A stretch of 64,000 nucleotides of DNA from an uncultured Planctomycetota bacterium (GTDB lineage Bacteria; Planctomycetota; Planctomycetia; Isosphaerales; Isosphaeraceae). The translations under genes and the position numbers were made by a program. The notes under the pieces are model-generated. The model made no database searches. It saw only the letters and a list, made by a program, of their open reading frames with translations, and was not told the DNA's origin. Of this stretch, positions 37,601 to 46,500 are shown in pieces. Position 1 is the first letter of the stretch; the number at the start of each line of letters is the position of its first letter. Location of the stretch: positions 1-64,000 of the forward strand of contig CAWGMQ010000005.1 of NCBI GenBank assembly GCA_963823665.1. Direction: 5' to 3'.

Positions 37601-40508
37601 CGGAGAAGTGTACGTCGCCTCGCAGACGGGCTTTGCCGGGAACGACGGCGGTCTAGCCTCCTTTGCCCTCGCGACCGGCAGCGCCGCGGCGCCCAGAAAC
37701 TACACGGTCACTTTCTCCGGCGTCCAGACGCTGGACCTTACCACCGGGGCCGACGGCGCCACGATCACTCAAACCAGCCGATCGGTCGCCACGACCGTGA
37801 CGATCAATACTCCGGTCGGGGACAACGACATCACCCTTGACGACATTTCGAGCAATACCACGGTCAATGCGGGCAGCGGCTCGAACACCATCACCGCGCG
37901 ACTCGGGTACCCGGGTGAATCGCTGACGATCAATGGCGGAAACGGAGTCGACGACCTCTCGATCGACGTGGAGGCCGGCGAAAGCACGGTCACGGCCAAC
38001 CTCGGCTCCGGCGCTGACGCGCTCTATCTCTCGGACGTCGTGGCGACCAGCGCGGTGAGCGTCTACTTCGGAAATGGATCCAACACGGCGACGGTGCTGG
38101 GGCAATACATTGCGCCCGGCTCCTCGGTCAACCTCAATGGCGGCACGGGCGCCAACACGCTCATGTTCGACGCAGGCGGCAGCGCGGTCACGCCGCCATT
38201 GCCTGCCACACCATCGGGGATGATCGGGGTGGCGAACCCCGCCAATCAAACCGTGTACGGAAGCGTTGCCTACAACGGATTCAATAAAGTTTCGGTTGTC
38301 GACGCCGCTCCGACGGTCCAGATCGGCGAGCCGGACTACACGATCGACCAGGGACAGAGCCTGGGCCTCTCGGTCTCGGTCGTTCTCCCGAACGGCGGGA
38401 GTATCCCGGCGAGCGACGTGAACTGGGACTTGAGCGGCGATGGCACCTTCAGTGATGCTCAAGGGCTTGCTCCCACGGTGAGCTGGGATTCGCTGACCGC
38501 GCTGGGACTGGCCGCCGCCGGCAACTACACGATCGCCGTGCAGGTGGACTATGAGTCTTCGGTGGTGACTCGTTATGCCACTCTGACGATTGTGTACGTG
38601 CCGCCCTCCATCAACCTTCCGAACCCGCTGCCGACGGCGTTCGCGGCCGTGCCCTACACTCTCAGCTTCACGCCCTCGGAGTACGGCCCGGAGCCGATCA
38701 GCGGGTTCACGGTCGACTGGGGCGACGGCACGGCGGAGGACCAGGGCGACAGCACTGTCACGTCGTATACACACACCTATACTCTTGGGGGCGTCTACAC
38801 AGTCACGGTGACCACGGTCAACCGCGGCATCACCTCATCGGCGGCGGAAACCCTGAACGTCGGTGTCAACAGCTCGTCGATCGGCGTAGGCGGCTCCCAG
38901 ACAATCGCGCAGGGGGATGGCCTGGACCTGACCGCCACCGCCCCGAGCGTTATCATCGGAAACGCAACCGAGACGCCAGAGAGCTATACCTGGATCATCA
39001 ACGGCCAGATGCATCCCACGAGCGCGTCGCCCACGATCGACCTGACCTGGGCCGACCTCGAAGCCGACTCAATCGAGGCGCCTTCGAGCAGCATCGCGAA
39101 TCCTTATCTGTTCCAGGTCGAGGTCGCCTACCCACCGCCGGTCGGAAATGTGAGGTCGGAACCGGCCACCCTGACGGTGCTCGACACGCCGCCGAGTGCG
39201 ACGCTCTCCGCGCCGGCACAGGTGTCCGAAGGCGGCAACGCCACCGTATCATTCCGCACGCCGGTCGATCCCGCGGCCGAAGCCGTCTTCTCGTACAGCT
39301 TCGACTTTGCCAACACGGGCCAGTTCGACGTCACGGACAGCGCGAGCTCCGAGGCAGCGATCCCGGCGCAACTGCTGGCCAACCCCGGCACATTCACGAT
39401 CCGCGGCCGCGTCACGGATCAATGGGGCGGATTTGGGCCGGATCAATTCTTCACTGTCCAGGTTGTGAATGTCGCGCCCAGTCTGTCGGCGCTGGCCAAT
39501 CAGAGCGCGACCGAGGGCCAAGTGCTCACGCTCCCGGCGACCGCGTTCACCGACCCTGGATACAACACCACTTACGGCACGGACACGATCAGCGGAACGA
39601 TTTCGTGGGGAGATGGCACGTCGAGCCCGCTCTCGGTCACCCCGACGGCAGCAGGTGCCGGCACCGTGACCGGAAGCCACATCTACACGCGGTCCGGGCC
39701 ATTTAGCGCGTCGGTCACGATCGAGGACAGCGAGGGTGTCAATTCGACCCAGAACTTTGGCGTGACGGTGGCGCACGTGGCGCCGATAGTTGTGCCCGGG
39801 CCCGGTGTAACGCTCGATGAAGGAGAGACCCTGACACTCGGCACGGCGGCGGGCGACCGAGTGCCCATCATCTTCAGCGGCGCCGAGTCGGACAGCACGT
39901 ACACGGCGACGGTTGACTGGGGCGACGGAACGGGTGCGCAAGCTATTCCCGCGAGTGAGATCCAGCAGCCGGCCGAGGCTGGCGCGTTCGGTCAGATTCT
40001 CTCCAGCCATGCCTACGGAGTGCCGGGGGATTACACCGCCACGGTGACTGTGAGCGACGGCAAGAGCTCGACCTCGGCCACCCTCACGGTCGACGTGCTC
40101 AGCGTCGCCGCGACGCTGACCTTGTCGGCGACGGCCAGTGGGGTCGAGGGGACTCCGTTCACACTCCATGGTCAGGTGACGAACCCCGGATTTCAGTTCG
40201 GCACGGGGGCCGAAGCACTGCAATCGGCGAGCATACTCTGGGGCGACGGCACCACGACGCCGCTTTCACTTTCGTGGACGCCCGGGAGTCGCAGGCACAC
40301 CCTCGCTGGCCATCGTCGCGGCGGGGCACACCTACGCCGACGTCGGCACTTACGACGCCGAGCTCGAGATAGTCGAGGCCGATGGCACGTCGCTCTCAGC
40401 GGAATGCGCGGTGACGGTCGCCAACGCGCCGCCGACGTTCGTGGCCGTGCCACCGGCCAGCCAGCAGATCGACCAGGGTGGCACGGTCACTCTGAGCGCC
40501 ACGTTTGA
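22287..40508 (+). CDS. Giant protein segment 2 (long filamentous-haemagglutinin/leukotoxin-like beta-helix, triple ~185-aa domain, Gly-rich tract, PA14, beta-propeller, PKD repeats); frame switches at ~40288
   Basis: 6073-codon ORF with continuous Ala/Gly/Thr/Ser/Val-rich composition. PA14 (FNARWTGQILAPETGTYTF), propeller (LAVSPDGKTVY) and PKD (VDWGDGT) motifs. Confidence 0.9.
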   Translation: MQQSQVVIITAGVAVASGTTSGAGVALAVAVNTMGSGTQANATEAYLNNVSATLAGTLAVTATNEDQIWAVNGTIAYGGTAGFGAAVSVNQVNDDADAYLNDSDVRQTSGTLDVNATSQPYGSTTDPRIAAVAASLGTASPNSTAAIAGTFSVNAVTDDNEAYLDNTTYTNTGTGAGTVETSDTSSIVSFSGAFGISGGGKSGFGLAGAYNAIDTTNKAQVENQSDVTIPGGLTVKSITDSTITGVAAGVAGARNAALAGSVEINTVRGDTEALIVGGSVVTTLMGGVTVDAEDTSSITAGAGVLAFTFGSSGAAITVGASIAINQIGSDGTNNTVKADINDSTVDSGVGVSVTVTSKPTILSVTVAASATLTEPENEEASFDGAGAGSQNEIFVSATALIENGSTVTTANQGDVDVSATSIPSITADAGGLSVDASFDGGAAGSLGAAAATNQIGSSDDHDQIEATICDSEVDSDGAVNVTTLAGAAGAMQILAVAVGVAGALTAGEESGVSVAGAGSGSGNTMDEDVASSIENTKKNGKKVTTANGKGVNVTATDNSSIVSGSGSGAFAVGLVKGSTEVGVGVAIASNQIGNSTSATICDSEVDSSGAVELQATSNEFVKSIATAGGISGTVGGVSLNGEGAGSYNTIDNSVKARISGDSTVTTARAYGGNVCLMAKDTSTITADGGGASIAGTLSGGLNVAIGAGYASNTIGSSKTPQYVTAEIDDSTVIAAGKVTVCAISDPTITSRGWGVGLAATASGLSGAGSGASAFDTIDTKVQADITDNSTVTAASTAADAVKVSACDTPSIDARSGAGSLAVGSLGTLAAGVVLAQNTIDDSADAYIGQTMGTNDDTIVTSSGGVEVMATETATITALGVAVAASASTYTANLALASAINNTGNMVTAAIAGGAIVHAEGTNSDDQVQVVAEDTPNVVAHLGSGAGSIGEYGLSVGLSESQDTINDTVSAYVASATVTTQGEAVTVEAESPNTTITSFAVSTALAISVGAAFAGAEADATNTSTTQAYIGAAAVINTQGVNQPSDAPYGDLAVTATSADTMMAQAYSGSGAIVGIGVTYTDGEDKSSTLASVQEGATIHAGKLTVTAQSTPSVQTPSINAALGLGAFNGINAKAVINTHVEAWIGARNGTTPSGAVTTIDLTGDAMIEATSTDFALSKANSYTIGGITGNGTLAYCYDTPTVTGTIGDNVTITAPGVTVDATATTTKPSDSSVKSAESDADDVAVSGVGVAVVYAATKAAPTVTASVGKSILNAGADGITIEGNSTEISYANASTEGGSILFGYNGAFSQDSAGGVANTTFDGKADVVGPSATGNVSVTSTVVNNADADASGVSIGLGGAGGNIEADAAAGATTVGGSSAVSSSTLGSDAQVTTPGDLTVLTTLTNTANGTAKPSPFVSPLGVANVTTTSDAQASGDADTSVANSNPNLQSAGGNIEIEANTTRVATASSPSPIVGGLIVGIGNTDASATTSGATSATVGTGDQLQSGSDMNVESLSSESANATTKDTGGGTFGANSGTATASVLGTTTTLVGAISAHDANAALASLAAGTAGAGNLTVEASRNAAAYASAQGDSGGLVADGAAYATSNDGGDVQTQVGKADLTASGDVTIEALRNQGTAVGATSGVDNVYAYAKSGSKGVFPVSGMDSASAEIAHEGPILDPSVSPDLTTVELGSDSTVNAVGGDVTIAANEARSAHSEVTNSEGGLGTSIEADGGTDIESTVTVSLDPYTAVTGNNVTVDANATQSDGSSLATTTGEGVFGFTPTANATTTVNETLRVTLNGADVTARLTTTGLVNVDAYTSSQSMSNASSTAGSIGAGVVATGTTTVDSAPTVLIKGDATLTGRVIDAEAGTPALGAFSADAESYSTFSGVGASNSATSNVSPTYKPLVEIDAGANLTGYDSIMLNAEANPVTATAHSDAQTSALGADTYSTAINNLDAEAQVTAVSGATLETSKLTVSAQSNDASLTTNPERHTTAIDGGSAPSGGSPTQNGTVSFNATVTIFGQGPVLQIGPDGNVLEDSGVSYGYNAAGNELLVNSITSSTAGAVTLTATGTNVQTVTGSATITYDSGFDTVTLVNQQPGVNLEVSPINLSNTITDGDVEVSPSIPASNPPSPFTHTTYYGLAVNPLVSIENTGGAVILNGSIDNPSGMTTIQATGQAGAIEYASTSASPPIISNTLELDSSGAIGSSSQYLDVELHDAAGAPSITALTAGSAAYLNLAGVHDSTSTTGLTVDGGNWTAGSFFLNLSGQGAGDLPLASLFDIESLVTTAAAAGNIQVQDPDGMASLMAGVTLAAGGALDIAAGGNVSLTSAGDLDVDSISAEDGNLSLTTTGGSILDTNAIATTPVLSGNSITLAAGGEIGSSTNHLEIDSSTLQSGTVSASGTDGVYIDQVAGSLVVGTISSNDDVELSAPASIVESAGDSGQTAISASQLVLSAGLGIGTAATPLATDAGQLTAAQAQGGGFYLDDSEGLSIESVQASTAIVLNATGQINFSGAVTAGGAITISGQAIDVLGSGKLVSTGGGITLLASGDVTEATGSLIEAAGKVTLTADYGNTSGQGDPDLNVDGSVIGALLLTSVTGDGDHINFGSWPTVPTNISGAGTSYLDVAGTSSADTFVVNNSEVIRNGVPIAYSGIGTVELDGEGGINTFTIDAATLARVQINTNGDIGDQITINQTGTSGDTLLEHDLADPSLPQYSGELTGRTLWVQFGANVAGLTYNGGGGADHFYIQATSVPTTLNLGSGNNAVFLGEVPPAATPLASNETVPASELDQLGLINAPLTLTGGAGANSLTVDDSGDSQPHSAVEIEPTTFTGLTPVAVDFTGFGSETLDLGTGLNKVTVDGTISGSGSAVTLELGGKDTVSVLAASAANLNIDGVSDTLPNNNYVTLDTSGAAAAIAASLFDAAPAAGSSTPAGTSVSGLDAAISSTVTLSNLNTAELLLPGSSSTATVDTTYSGLGLLSIQGGVGNDTVHLNNLGGLAAVDGGGGSNTVIVDLQGEDPAVAPLTKWSSSLSVANVATLDVNDSGYSGNVAWEASNGELSGNDNAVVSLDGANQVEITGGTGSNTLSVNETAAPVTATLGSNQVAVATGKVVLLPAVAATYSDPGEAMNFNGLVSGWTSYVENGVEVASSSGLTRSDTFGPALEISPGESVTVGSSGGSGIDLYALDLASSGTTAASVTITGTPLNGTAPVSVKENVSGSLATYDLGISLDSLQSATITTSGGGVLVDNIVAALPAAQATNAPAVMTFYGLGTPGPLSYSDDGIAVTNFTTSDGQQMASTLTESPGVSGAALSIAVGDTVKIKPGGTTGIDLDSLDLYAASSATVTVTGYPSSGGSPVSFTQALTGEPAIYDLPTGFQSLSEADVTTTGLVLVENIVAALPAGSAAAPARSSGPLDIAFNASTDMVSASPTVAPLAQLEGYYNRIGIVVDGSTFAANGGFDGDGDALSAAQLGNYLPWNGALFAFGPPGSNNVISAQGQTIPLSNLSLSSLDILGAAVNGNQASQVFTVTYTDGTTAQFTQSISDWATPQNYSGESEAVPMSYRDKSNGSQQSPINSNYILYGYTFSLNPAKTVASITLPNNSDVNIVGISGGNVITSPVVAQLAGQYNRIGIVDNGSKFAANGGFDGSGNALSAELLGTTLTWNGTVFAFGPAGSNDVIEAQGQTIPLTNINLYSLVLLGAAVNGNQLNQTFTVTYTDGISTTITQSLSDWATPQNYSNESTAVTLSYRDLSNGGQQQGSYHLYAYTLPLDPTKTVASITLPDNSKVNILAMSVSASDASDAPITPQVAGNYNRSGIVDDGSSIPANGGFDGFGTALSADLLGTVVVSNGTVFPLGPAGSSDVIEGQGQTIPLINQNLSSLVLLGAAVEGNQPNQKFTVNYTDGTSTTITQSVSDWATPQTYTNQSTAVTLSYRGLADGGEEQGSYNLYAYTLPLDTTKTVASITLPDNSDVNILSIGAPGTSSSTTFNGTPFFAYTQEGISYFQFQGDLVIPADSTVLATTSPNGLSLDAANDVLIGAGVSFNVSAVGTTSGPGGGAGGSSGGGGVGGSAGATGGPGGGGTGGSGGTGGTDPETTYIPTAGTSGSSGNNGTAGKNGVQGVIGGTGQSGINNPSGGGSGGTAGALGDAGSTPPATGGTPGAGGSAGDNNFTGNPGSGNSGKAGNSGSSGSNGSPGSAGGSGVTGTNAATGLALTGGAGGGGGAGGGGGGSGSGGGGGGGGGGGGAEATYQDYVTSPYDYAGVNGGSGGSGGAGGIGQAGGAGGQGGAGGAGAGAIAIRADGQIIVGDTSGFYAEGAAAIPGSSVSFSASNASGGKGSSAGSVSNGGGAGGTGGSGGAGGAGGAGGAGGAGAGGAGGTVELIGTSVSASGASVNTSGGAAATDGAGGGDGRLVVGSNTTASALPTTIVGASVQTYAGSTAPNPYLYQQPTAGAQSGLFGTYYSDSYDFAGSATTTEVDPSINFQWKGSDPASGISATDFNARWTGQILAPETGTYTFETSTDSSGGARLYVNGQLVVNGWNEQSGNTTSTGTISLVAGQWYDIQLDYYEGSGTAASVALQWSAVGTNGQELVGQEVVPSSNLRPDTVQQDTPILPDLENGAADYGFISDGYSAIASFLTDQPANAAAAVIRIPAADVPAGLTTSFPGYDLVVVVNLSGTTLADPALGIGLGSAVGSFATPLLLGGALTNPDFGGSGPTVASGLAAQSVWATWVPAGSTYYVNANVGGSAAALSGAVMPSKSVSVQYIHGLSPSAIPTSPLSGLQSLAVSPDGKTVYGLNTADNTLVVAAAGTMTELQSFKQGLDPLGQDYGLEGATSVTVSPNGLFVYVAGAGESKIGIFSRDPSTGYLSFLGVTTPLSGTTPVTASVVHTSGDGERLYALTESQGIAVASLDPSGGTIGSFTLAEPGGISQFTGLAESSDGTTLFATGGDTLVALDSTSTSLSQEASLNGNAYGLATMTEVAVSASSIYVAGTNSAGAGVLGLFTFDAVLQAFSFVSLLTEGVNGTRGLQGVTGLAASADGAYVFVTSATENAVTSFTRDPATGKLTLAQVLRNQPGLYSPSGLAVAPLSAATDPGEVYVASQTGFAGNDGGLASFALATGSAAAPRNYTVTFSGVQTLDLTTGADGATITQTSRSVATTVTINTPVGDNDITLDDISSNTTVNAGSGSNTITARLGYPGESLTINGGNGVDDLSIDVEAGESTVTANLGSGADALYLSDVVATSAVSVYFGNGSNTATVLGQYIAPGSSVNLNGGTGANTLMFDAGGSAVTPPLPATPSGMIGVANPANQTVYGSVAYNGFNKVSVVDAAPTVQIGEPDYTIDQGQSLGLSVSVVLPNGGSIPASDVNWDLSGDGTFSDAQGLAPTVSWDSLTALGLAAAGNYTIAVQVDYESSVVTRYATLTIVYVPPSINLPNPLPTAFAAVPYTLSFTPSEYGPEPISGFTVDWGDGTAEDQGDSTVTSYTHTYTLGGVYTVTVTTVNRGITSSAAETLNVGVNSSSIGVGGSQTIAQGDGLDLTATAPSVIIGNATETPESYTWIINGQMHPTSASPTIDLTWADLEADSIEAPSSSIANPYLFQVEVAYPPPVGNVRSEPATLTVLDTPPSATLSAPAQVSEGGNATVSFRTPVDPAAEAVFSYSFDFANTGQFDVTDSASSEAAIPAQLLANPGTFTIRGRVTDQWGGFGPDQFFTVQVVNVAPSLSALANQSATEGQVLTLPATAFTDPGYNTTYGTDTISGTISWGDGTSSPLSVTPTAAGAGTVTGSHIYTRSGPFSASVTIEDSEGVNSTQNFGVTVAHVAPIVVPGPGVTLDEGETLTLGTAAGDRVPIIFSGAESDSTYTATVDWGDGTGAQAIPASEIQQPAEAGAFGQILSSHAYGVPGDYTATVTVSDGKSSTSATLTVDVLSVAATLTLSATASGVEGTPFTLHGQVTNPGFQFGTGAEALQSASILWGDGTTTPLSLSWTPGSRRHTLAGHRRGGAHLRRRRHLRRRARDSRGRWHVALSGMRGDGRQRAADVRGRATGQPADRPGWHGHSERHV
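32610..34255 (+). repeat. Three tandem ~555-bp intragenic repeats (putative carbohydrate-binding beta-sandwich)
   Basis: YNRIGIV.DGS.F.ANGGFDG.G.ALSA..LGAAVNGNQ..YTDGT..QS.SDWATPQ occurs three times. Confidence 0.85.
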
Positions 40509-43500
40509 AGACCTCGGCTTGCTTGACACGCATACCGCCACGATCGACTGGGGCGATGGGACGTCGGTCACTATCAACGACTCGTCGACGTTCGTGAACG
40601 CCCAGGGCCAAACGGTTCCGGACCTCACCGAACCGACGGCAAGCTCACCCGGAACGATCACCATTGCACATCTCTACGACGATTCGAGTGCGTATTCCCA
40701 GGATCAGCCGATCCCGCTGCAGGCGACCCTGACCGTGGCCGACGATCACGGCGGGACGGTCTCCGACGCGTTCCAGGTGACCGTGCTGGACCTGACTGCG
40801 CCGTCGAGCAGCGTCGCTTCCTTGCCGCAGTATACGACGACGCCGGATTTCACGGTGAGCTGGTCCGGAACTGACAATGCGGGCGGCTCGGGAATCGCGT
40901 CGTACGACGTCTACGCCTCGGTCAACGGGGGCGCGTACACGCTGTGGCAGGCAAATACGACGGCGACCTCCGCGACTTACCCGGGCCAGCCAAACAGCAG
41001 CTACGCTTTTTACAGCGTGGCGACGGACGAGGCCGGGAACATGCAGGCAACGCCCGCGGCGGCCCAGTCGAGCACTACGGTGGTCCTCTCGCCGCCGACG
41101 AGCAGCGTTGCCGCTCTGCCGGCGACGACGATCAACACGACATTCCCGGTGAGCTGGTCCGGCTCCGGCAGCCCTGGCCTGGCCCACTTCGATGTCTACG
41201 TCTCCGACAACGGCGGTCCGTTTGCCCCGTTTGTTACCGACACCACGGCGACCTCGGCCGAGTTCACGGGCCAGGTCGGGCATACTTACGGCTTCTACAG
41301 CCTGGCCACGGACACCCTGGGACACACCCAGACGACCCCGGCGGGCGCCCAGGCCAGCACTGCGGTGGTCGCGCCCGTCGCAATCACGGCGAACGATCCC
41401 AGCGTGCCGCTGGGTCAACCCATATCGTTCCAGGTGACGGTGACGGGGGGCGCGGGCCAGGTAACGCCGACGGGCGAGGTGACGCTCGAGGCCGACGGCT
41501 TGGTCCTTTCTGATACCGGACTGAGCGACGGAGTTGCAAACTTCGCGGACATCTCGAGCCTGGAGCTTGGTGTCGGCACCACAACCGTGACCGTGCTGTA
41601 CGCCGGCGACGGTGTTTACCCGGCCGCATCCGCGAGCACGATCCAGATCGTGACCGAGGCGGTCACGAAAACGACGCTTGCGAGTTCCGACTCCACGGTG
41701 GCGTACGGTTCGAGTATCGTCTTCACGGCCACCGTCTCGACGGGCATCGCCGGGCTCAACGCGACCGGCTCGGTCACGTTCTTCGATGACGGCGTGAGCT
41801 TTGGCACCAGTGCAGTGGTCGACGGCGTGGCAACAGTCTGGGTAGGGTGCCTGACCGCCGGCGGCCATTCGATCACGGCCGCTTTCAACGACCCAAGCGG
41901 CACGTTCCAGGGAAGCACCGCGGCGGCGGTGACGCAGCTTGTGACGTTCCCGGGCACTCCGGCGGACGGCGACGTCTCGCTCTACGTGCCGACCGACTTC
42001 CTGGCGCAGCCGGGCTCGACCGTCACGATCCCCGTCGACCTGATGGTGACTGACCCGAATGCACTCGCCGCCGGACTGGGCGGCTTCACCGTGCCGATCG
42101 CGTATGATCCCACGATTCTCTCGAACCCAACGGTCACGCTCGGCTCCTACCTGAGCACTCCACTGAACGTGACGGCCGACAGCGCACCTTTCGTGCTGAC
42201 GGCCGACACGAGCACGGCCGGCGAGGTGATCTTGAGCGCCGCGTCGAATCTGGGGACCTTGCCGATTCCGGCCGATACCCTGGTGGAGATCGGCGAGATC
42301 ACGTTCACCGTCAGTTCCGGAGCTCCGAAAAATCCGACGGTCCTCAACGTGCAGCAATCATCCGGCTCGACCGAGCTGGAAGTTTGGGACGCCAAAGGTG
42401 ATTCCGTTGCACTGGCACCGTCGGTCACGAATCTCCCGACCGATGCAATCGACGGTGTGCTGTGGATCGGCCAGGAGACACCGCTCGTCGTGTGGCCTGC
42501 CCCCACGGCCATCACGTATGGCACGGCGCTCGGCGCCGCAGAGCTCGATGCGCTGGCCAGCGTGGCCGGTACCTTCACTTACACGCCGGCTCTGGGCACA
42601 GTTCTCTCGCCCGGGAACGATCAGAGCCTGTCGGTGAGCTTCACGCCGGACGACACCACCGACTACACGACGGCGTCGATGACTGTCCCGCTCGACGTGT
42701 TGCAGGCGAATACCGCGCTGGGCGGCCTCACAGCGTCACAAGCGATCTGGAACGGCACCGCATCGATCAACCTGGGCGGCACGATCACGAGCAACAGCGA
42801 TCTGACCGCTCCCGGCGACGTCTCGGTCACCGTCGACGGCATCACCCAGACGGCCGCCATCGAGCCCGGTGGCTCGTTCAGCACCACGTTCAATACGCAG
42901 GCGATCCCCGCGTCGGCGGCGCCGTATACCATCACATACACTTACGCCGGAAACACGGATTTCACGGCGGTGTCTGACGAATCAACTTCTCTGACGGTCA
43001 TCGCGGCCGCGATCACGCCTGTTTCGCCCAATCCGACAAACACGCCGGTTTCGAGCGTGACGGTGACGCTGGCTGACTCGATCACGACGACCGCGCTCAC
43101 CGCGGCCGATCTGAGCCTGACCGATGACGGCGGGCCCAATCTTGTCAACGGCGTGATCTCGTTGTATTCGACTTCGAGCGACACTTACGTGATCACCAGC
43201 CTGTCTGGCCTGAATCCGAGCGACGGACTCTACACGCTGACCTTGAACGGGGCCGGACTGACGGACCAGGCAGGCACCCCGATCTCCGGGACGCTCTCGA
43301 CCTCGTGGCTCCTGGACACGACCCCGCCAACCAGCACGGTCAGCTCGCTGCCGGAGCAGACCACGTCCACGAGCTTCACCGTACCGGTGACCAGCAATGA
43401 CCCAACCGGGCCGAATGGGAGCACACCGTCAGGCGTCGCTTCGATCGCGATCTACGACTCGGAGGACAGCGGACCGTACACGCTCTTCGCGACCGTGACA

Positions 43501-46500
43501 CCCGCAAATCCCTCTGCTCTCTTCACGGGCCAGGCCGGCCACATTTACGGGTTCTATAGCATCGCAACCGACAACGCGGGCAACGTCCAGGCCACGCCGC
43601 CCGGAGCCGAACAGACGATCGCGATCTTGCAGCCGCTTTCCGTGACTTCGATTTCGGCGGTCGTGCCTGACCCCCGGAATTTAGATGTTTCGAGCTTGAA
43701 TGTCGACCTGAGCCTTGCCGTGGCCCCAGGCGGTTTCGACTGGCAAGCTCTGACCCTCACCGATAACGGTGGGCCCAACCTGATCACGAGCGCGGTCGGC
43801 AGCAAAGAACTTGCGATGGGCAATACCTACGTGATAACCGAACTGTCAGGACTGACTCAAGCGGAGGGTGAGTACACGCTGACAGTCAACGCCGCCGACA
43901 TCACGGATCAGTATGGCAATCCCGGAAGTGGCACGATGTCCGTGATGTGGCTGATGGACACGACGACGCCCACAAGCACGGTCAATTCGTTGCCGGCGCA
44001 GACCGCGTCCACGAGCTTTAACGTATCGGTGACCAGCAGCGACCCGACCGGGTCGAACGGGAGCACACCCTCGGGCGTCGCTTCCATCGCGATCTACGAC
44101 TCGGAAGACGGCGGGGCGTACTCACTGTTCACGACCGTGACGCCCGCAAGTTCTTCTGCTCTCTTCACTGGCCAGGCCGGCCACAGCTACGGGTTCTACA
44201 GCGTTGCAACCGACAACGCAGGCAACGTCCAGGCCACGCCGACCGCGGCCCAGCAAACCGTCCAGATCCTTTCAAATGTGTTCGTAACCTCGATCGCCGC
44301 GGTCAGCCCCAACCCACGAAACACACCGGTCTCGACCGTCGCCGTCACGTTCAGCACACCGGTCAATCCCAGTACCTTCAGCGCCAGCACACTCACCCTG
44401 ACCGACAACGGCAACGCAGTTGCGATCACCAGCGCCGTAAGTCTCAGCCTCGTCTCGGGCAACACGTATGACATCGATGGCCTGGCTGGGTTCACGACGG
44501 CCGAAGGGGCCTACAACCTGACCGTCAACGCATCGGCGATCAACGACACATACGGCAACGCCGGCACCGGCTCGCTGTCGACCTCATGGCTGATGGACAT
44601 TACGCCGCCCACAAGCACGGTCAGCTCGCTGCCGGCCGAGACCACATCCACGAGCTTTAACGTGGCGGTGACCAGCAATGACCCGACCGGGTCGAACGGG
44701 AGCACACCCTCGGGCGTCGCTTCCATCGCGATCTACGACTCGGAAGACGGCGGGGCGTACACTCGGTTTGCAACCGTCACGCAGGCAAGTCCTGCTGCTC
44801 TCTTCACCGGCCAGGCCGGCCACACTTACGGGTTCTACAGCATCGCGACTGACAGCGCAGGGAACGTCCAGGCCACGCCGGCCACGGCACAGGAAACCGT
44901 CCAGATCCTCCAACCTGTGTTCGTAACCTCGATCGCCGCGGTCACACCCAACCCGCGAAACAGGCCCGTGTCGACTGTCGCCGTCACGTTCAGCATACCC
45001 GTCAATCCCAGCACTTTCAGTGCCAGCGCGCTCACCCTGACCGACAACAGCAACCCGGTCGCGATCACCAGCCCCGTCTCTCTCAGCCTCGTCTCGGGCA
45101 ACACGTATGACATCGATGGCCTGGCTGGGTTCACGACGGCCGAAGGGGCCTACAACCTGACCGTCAACGCATCGGGCATCGAGGACACATACGGCAACGC
45201 CGGCACCGGCTCGCTGTCGACCTCTTGGCTGATGGATACGACACCACCCACAAGCACGGTCAGCTCGCTGCCGGCCGAGACCACGTCCACGAACTTTAAC
45301 GTGTCGGTGACCAGCAATGACCCAACTGGGTCGAACGCGAGCACACCCTCGGGCGTCGCTTCCATCGCGATCTACGACTCGGACGACGGCGGGGTGTACA
45401 CGCGGTTTGCAACGGTCACGCAGGCAAGTTCCGCTGCTCTCTTCACGGGCCAGGCCGGCCACACCTACGGCTTCTACAGCGTTGCGACCGACGGCGCAGG
45501 CAACAGGCAGGCCACGCCGGCCACGGCACAGGAAACCGTCCAGATCCTCCAACCTGTGGCCGTGACTTCGATCGCCGCGGTCTCTCCCAACACGCGGAAT
45601 ACACCGGTCTCGACCGTCGCTGTCACGTTCAGCATACCGGTCAATCCCAGCACGTTCAGTGCCAGCACGCTCACCCTGACCGACAACGGCAACGCAGTTG
45701 CGATCACCAGCGCCGTAAGTCTCAGCCTCGTCTCGGGCAACGCGTATGACATCAATGGCCTCGTTGGGCTGACAACGGCCGAAGGGAACTACAGCCTGAC
45801 GGTCAATGCATCGGCGATCGACGACACATACGGCAACGCCGGCACCGGCTCGATGTCGACCTCTTGGCTGATGGACACGACTCCGCCCACAAGCACGGTC
45901 ACCTCGCTGCCGCCCGAGACCACATCCACGAGCTTTAACGTGTCGGTGACCAGCAGTGACCCAACCGGCTCGAACGAGAGCACACCCTCTGGCGTCGCTT
46001 CCATCTCGATCTTCGACTCCGAGGACGGCGGCGCGTACACTCGGTTTGCAACCGTTACGCAGGCAAGTTCCGCTGCTTTCTTCACGGGCCAGGCCGGCCA
46101 CACGTACGGGTTCTACAGCATCGCGACCGACAACGCGGGCAACGTCCAGGCCACGCCGGTGACGGCACAGGAAACCGTGCAGATCCTCCAACCTGTGGCC
46201 GTAACCTCGATCGCCGCGGTCTCTCCCAACATGCGGAATACACCGGTCTCGACCGTCGCTGTCACGTTCAGCATACCGGTCAATCCCAGCACGTTCAGTG
46301 CCAGCACGCTCACCCTGACCGACAACGGCAACGCAGTTGCGATCACCAGCGCCGTAAGTCTCAGCCTCGTCTCGGGCAGCACGTACGACATCAATGGCCT
46401 GGCTGGGTTGACCACGGCCGAAGGGACCTACAACCTGACCGTCAACGCATCGGGCATCGAGGACACATACGGCAACCTCGGCACCGGCTCGGTGTCGACC